From positions 416,001 to 480,000 of the forward strand of contig CAVXVB010000009.1 of the NCBI GenBank assembly GCA_963765205.1: DNA of 64,000 bases, read 5' to 3'. The notes under the pieces were generated by a model. The model worked only from the letters and a program-made list of their open reading frames with translations, was not told the origin of the DNA and did not search any database. Below, piece after piece: positions 62,186 to 64,000 of the stretch. The stretch's first letter is position 1. Each line of letters opens with the position of its first letter. A program made the position numbers and the translations under genes. Source of the stretch: an uncultured Verrucomicrobiae bacterium. Its GTDB lineage: Bacteria; Verrucomicrobiota; Verrucomicrobiia; Opitutales; JABDGR01.

Positions 62186-63413
62186 TCAGGTCGAACCAGC
62201 GGGCGGCGTGAGTGTGGTCGTGACGGCTGGCCGTCGTCGCCGCAAGAGTGAGACCACCAAAGCCGAACCGCCGAGCAGCACGGCGGTCTCGCCGGGCTCG
62301 GGCACGGCGGCTGCCTGGGGCACAAACGTGAGACCATGAAAGTCTTCGTTCCCGCTGACGGAGACGTTGGCCAACAAGGAAGCGGTGAGGCTGCTAATAC
62401 TGCCATTAAAACCGGTTGAGTCGGTTAAATCGAAAATGGAGCCCAGCGTGGTGCCATAGATGGTCACGTTGCTGCCGTTGACCACCCCCGTTATGTCTTC
62501 CGCGCCGACCGTTCCATTGGTGAGGCTGCCAAGGCTCGCGTCACCATCGGAGGTCCAAGTGCCATTCACCAACGAGAATTTCACGATCGCGGTTATGTTG
62601 GAATTGTTATTGGCCACGTACAATTCGTTGGGCGTGCTCGAGTTGACGTCCGCGAAGAAAAAACCTTCGATGTTGGCGGCGGTGACGCCCGGCAGAGCCA
62701 CGCCCAGATTCCCAACCACGGCCGTCGGGTAGCCGGTGCCAATGGACAGAATGGCGGTGGCGTTCGAGGCATAGAGCTGGCCATTCGCGCCGTTGACCGT
62801 CTTGTTGCCGCCCATCGTGCCGTTGGTAATTTCCAAAGAGGTCGTGCCGTTGGTATACCGAGACGTCGCCGGTGGTGGAGTTTGCGCCAGTCGTCCAAAT
62901 GTTCGTGCCATCGCTGGTGAAGGCGCTGCGGATATTGTTGGCGCCATAGGCCGTGGTGCCCAACGGATCAATGGTCAGGGTGCCGTTCCAACTCAGGGTG
63001 GCCGCCTCGCGTTCGACCGCCGTGGTGGCGGTGCCCGAGGGCGTGGGTCCACCCACTGCTTCGCTGTAGCCGGCCAGGGCGACATACTCGCCGTTGGGCG
63101 AGAGCGTCAAGATGCCTTCACTCGCCGCCGTGCCTCCCTCGGTGATTAAATTAGCGCTCAAGTTGGCGCCGGATGAGGGCATGGCGACGCTCTGGATTAG
63201 CGCCCCATTCGTCGGGTTATACTCGTCGAGAATAATCGGCGCGGCGTTGCCGGCCAGCGCCGCGGTGCCGTTGCCGGTTTGCAAAACCAGGAGATCGCCC
63301 GCGGTAAATGGCTGGGTGAGGGTGAGCTGGACAGAAGTGTCAGATTGCCCGCGGGCGACGGTGGCCAGCAGGGCGAGGGCAAGGGCGGAGGAAAGTAGGC
63401 GGCGGAGGTTCAT
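62186..63413 (-). CDS. PEP-CTERM sorted secreted protein, Thr/Asn/Gly-rich; frameshift near 62860
   Basis: Signal peptide MNLRRLL..; FTAGDLLV; C-terminal VPEP + TM + RRRR in the second frame. Confidence 0.85.
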
Positions 63414-63773
63414 GAACGAAAGAGTGAATGGACAAATGTTTCTGGCAGGCTCCCTTTTACAGGAGCAATGTGGAAAACTCGTCACGCCTTCGTTAGAATT
63501 GGGTTAAGCCTGAATTTGCGGTCAAACAGGCCGCAAACGGCGGGTTTGCGGGAATGAACCGGGCGGGAATCTCACAGCAGCGTCTGTGAATTTAACCAAA
63601 TAATATCTCTAAAAATCAAATAATCATTATAACGGTTGTGTGACAAGTAAGGCTTTTTCGGCGGCAGGGTAAACTTTTTGCAACGAGCAGGGGCGGTGGT
63701 TGACAGTGGGTGCGCGATGCACTTTTACGTTAGATGACCGCCGTTTTCTCATCCACGCTGGAACTTTTTCACT

Positions 63774-64000
63774 ATGAACGCCCACTCTGCTCTCAATTGC
63801 TCGATTGAATCCCGCCGGCGCTCTGCGCGGGGCGCTGCACGTTCTTCGCGCCGCCTCCTGGCCGCGGCTGCTGCACTGTTCGCCCTCGCCACTCCCGCCT
63901 TGGCCCAAACCGCCTTTACCCCGGGCGACCTGGTGGTCAGCACCTACGGAGTGGACGGCGGCTACCAAAATGGAACGCTGCAGGCGACGAGCATTGATGG
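63774..64000 (+). CDS. Secreted protein, 3'-truncated by window edge
   Basis: MNAHS...RRLLAAAAALFALATPALA/QTAFTPGDLVV; similar start to the divergent PEP-CTERM protein. Confidence 0.65.
   Translation, partial: MNAHSALNCSIESRRRSARGAARSSRRLLAAAAALFALATPALAQTAFTPGDLVVSTYGVDGGYQNGTLQATSID

Noticed and set aside
1..64000. CRISPR array, rRNA or prophage genes
   Set aside because: No regularly spaced repeat-spacer units, rRNA signatures or phage structural genes were seen.

Overview
GC-rich bacterial DNA, most likely Verrucomicrobiota/Opitutales-like (inferred from the PEP-CTERM protein, the EpsI-family protein and the extended ECF sigma). Positions 1-45.9 kb hold one large, mostly co-oriented surface-glycan locus. 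It covers Kdo genes (kdsB, kdsD), two tandem O-antigen-ligase paralogs, manC, an unusual nonulosonate block, about 10 glycosyltransferases, Wzm/Wzt, a GT2-GtrA/GT-C pair, wecB/wecC, pglC/D/E/F-like genes and an ACP-FabH-ACP-FkbH acyl module. Housekeeping and accessory genes follow: two FKBPs, fcl, an SPFH pair, DUF167, a phosphoesterase and an oxidoreductase. The most striking structure is a ~4.8 kb integrase-free islet at the 3' end of ilvC. It is bounded by a purely synonymously diverged second copy of the last 22 ilvC codons. A third, decayed copy now forms the C-terminus of a small ORF. The islet carries an ECF sigma, a membrane protein and a class III nucleotide-cyclase-like gene hit at its 5' end by an IS5 element. 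The window ends with tRNA-Val-ilvN-ilvC, xdhC and two divergent secreted proteins, one of them PEP-CTERM. About 11 single-base frameshifts in otherwise intact genes are most likely sequencing errors. All calls are by motif recognition; no database searches were run.
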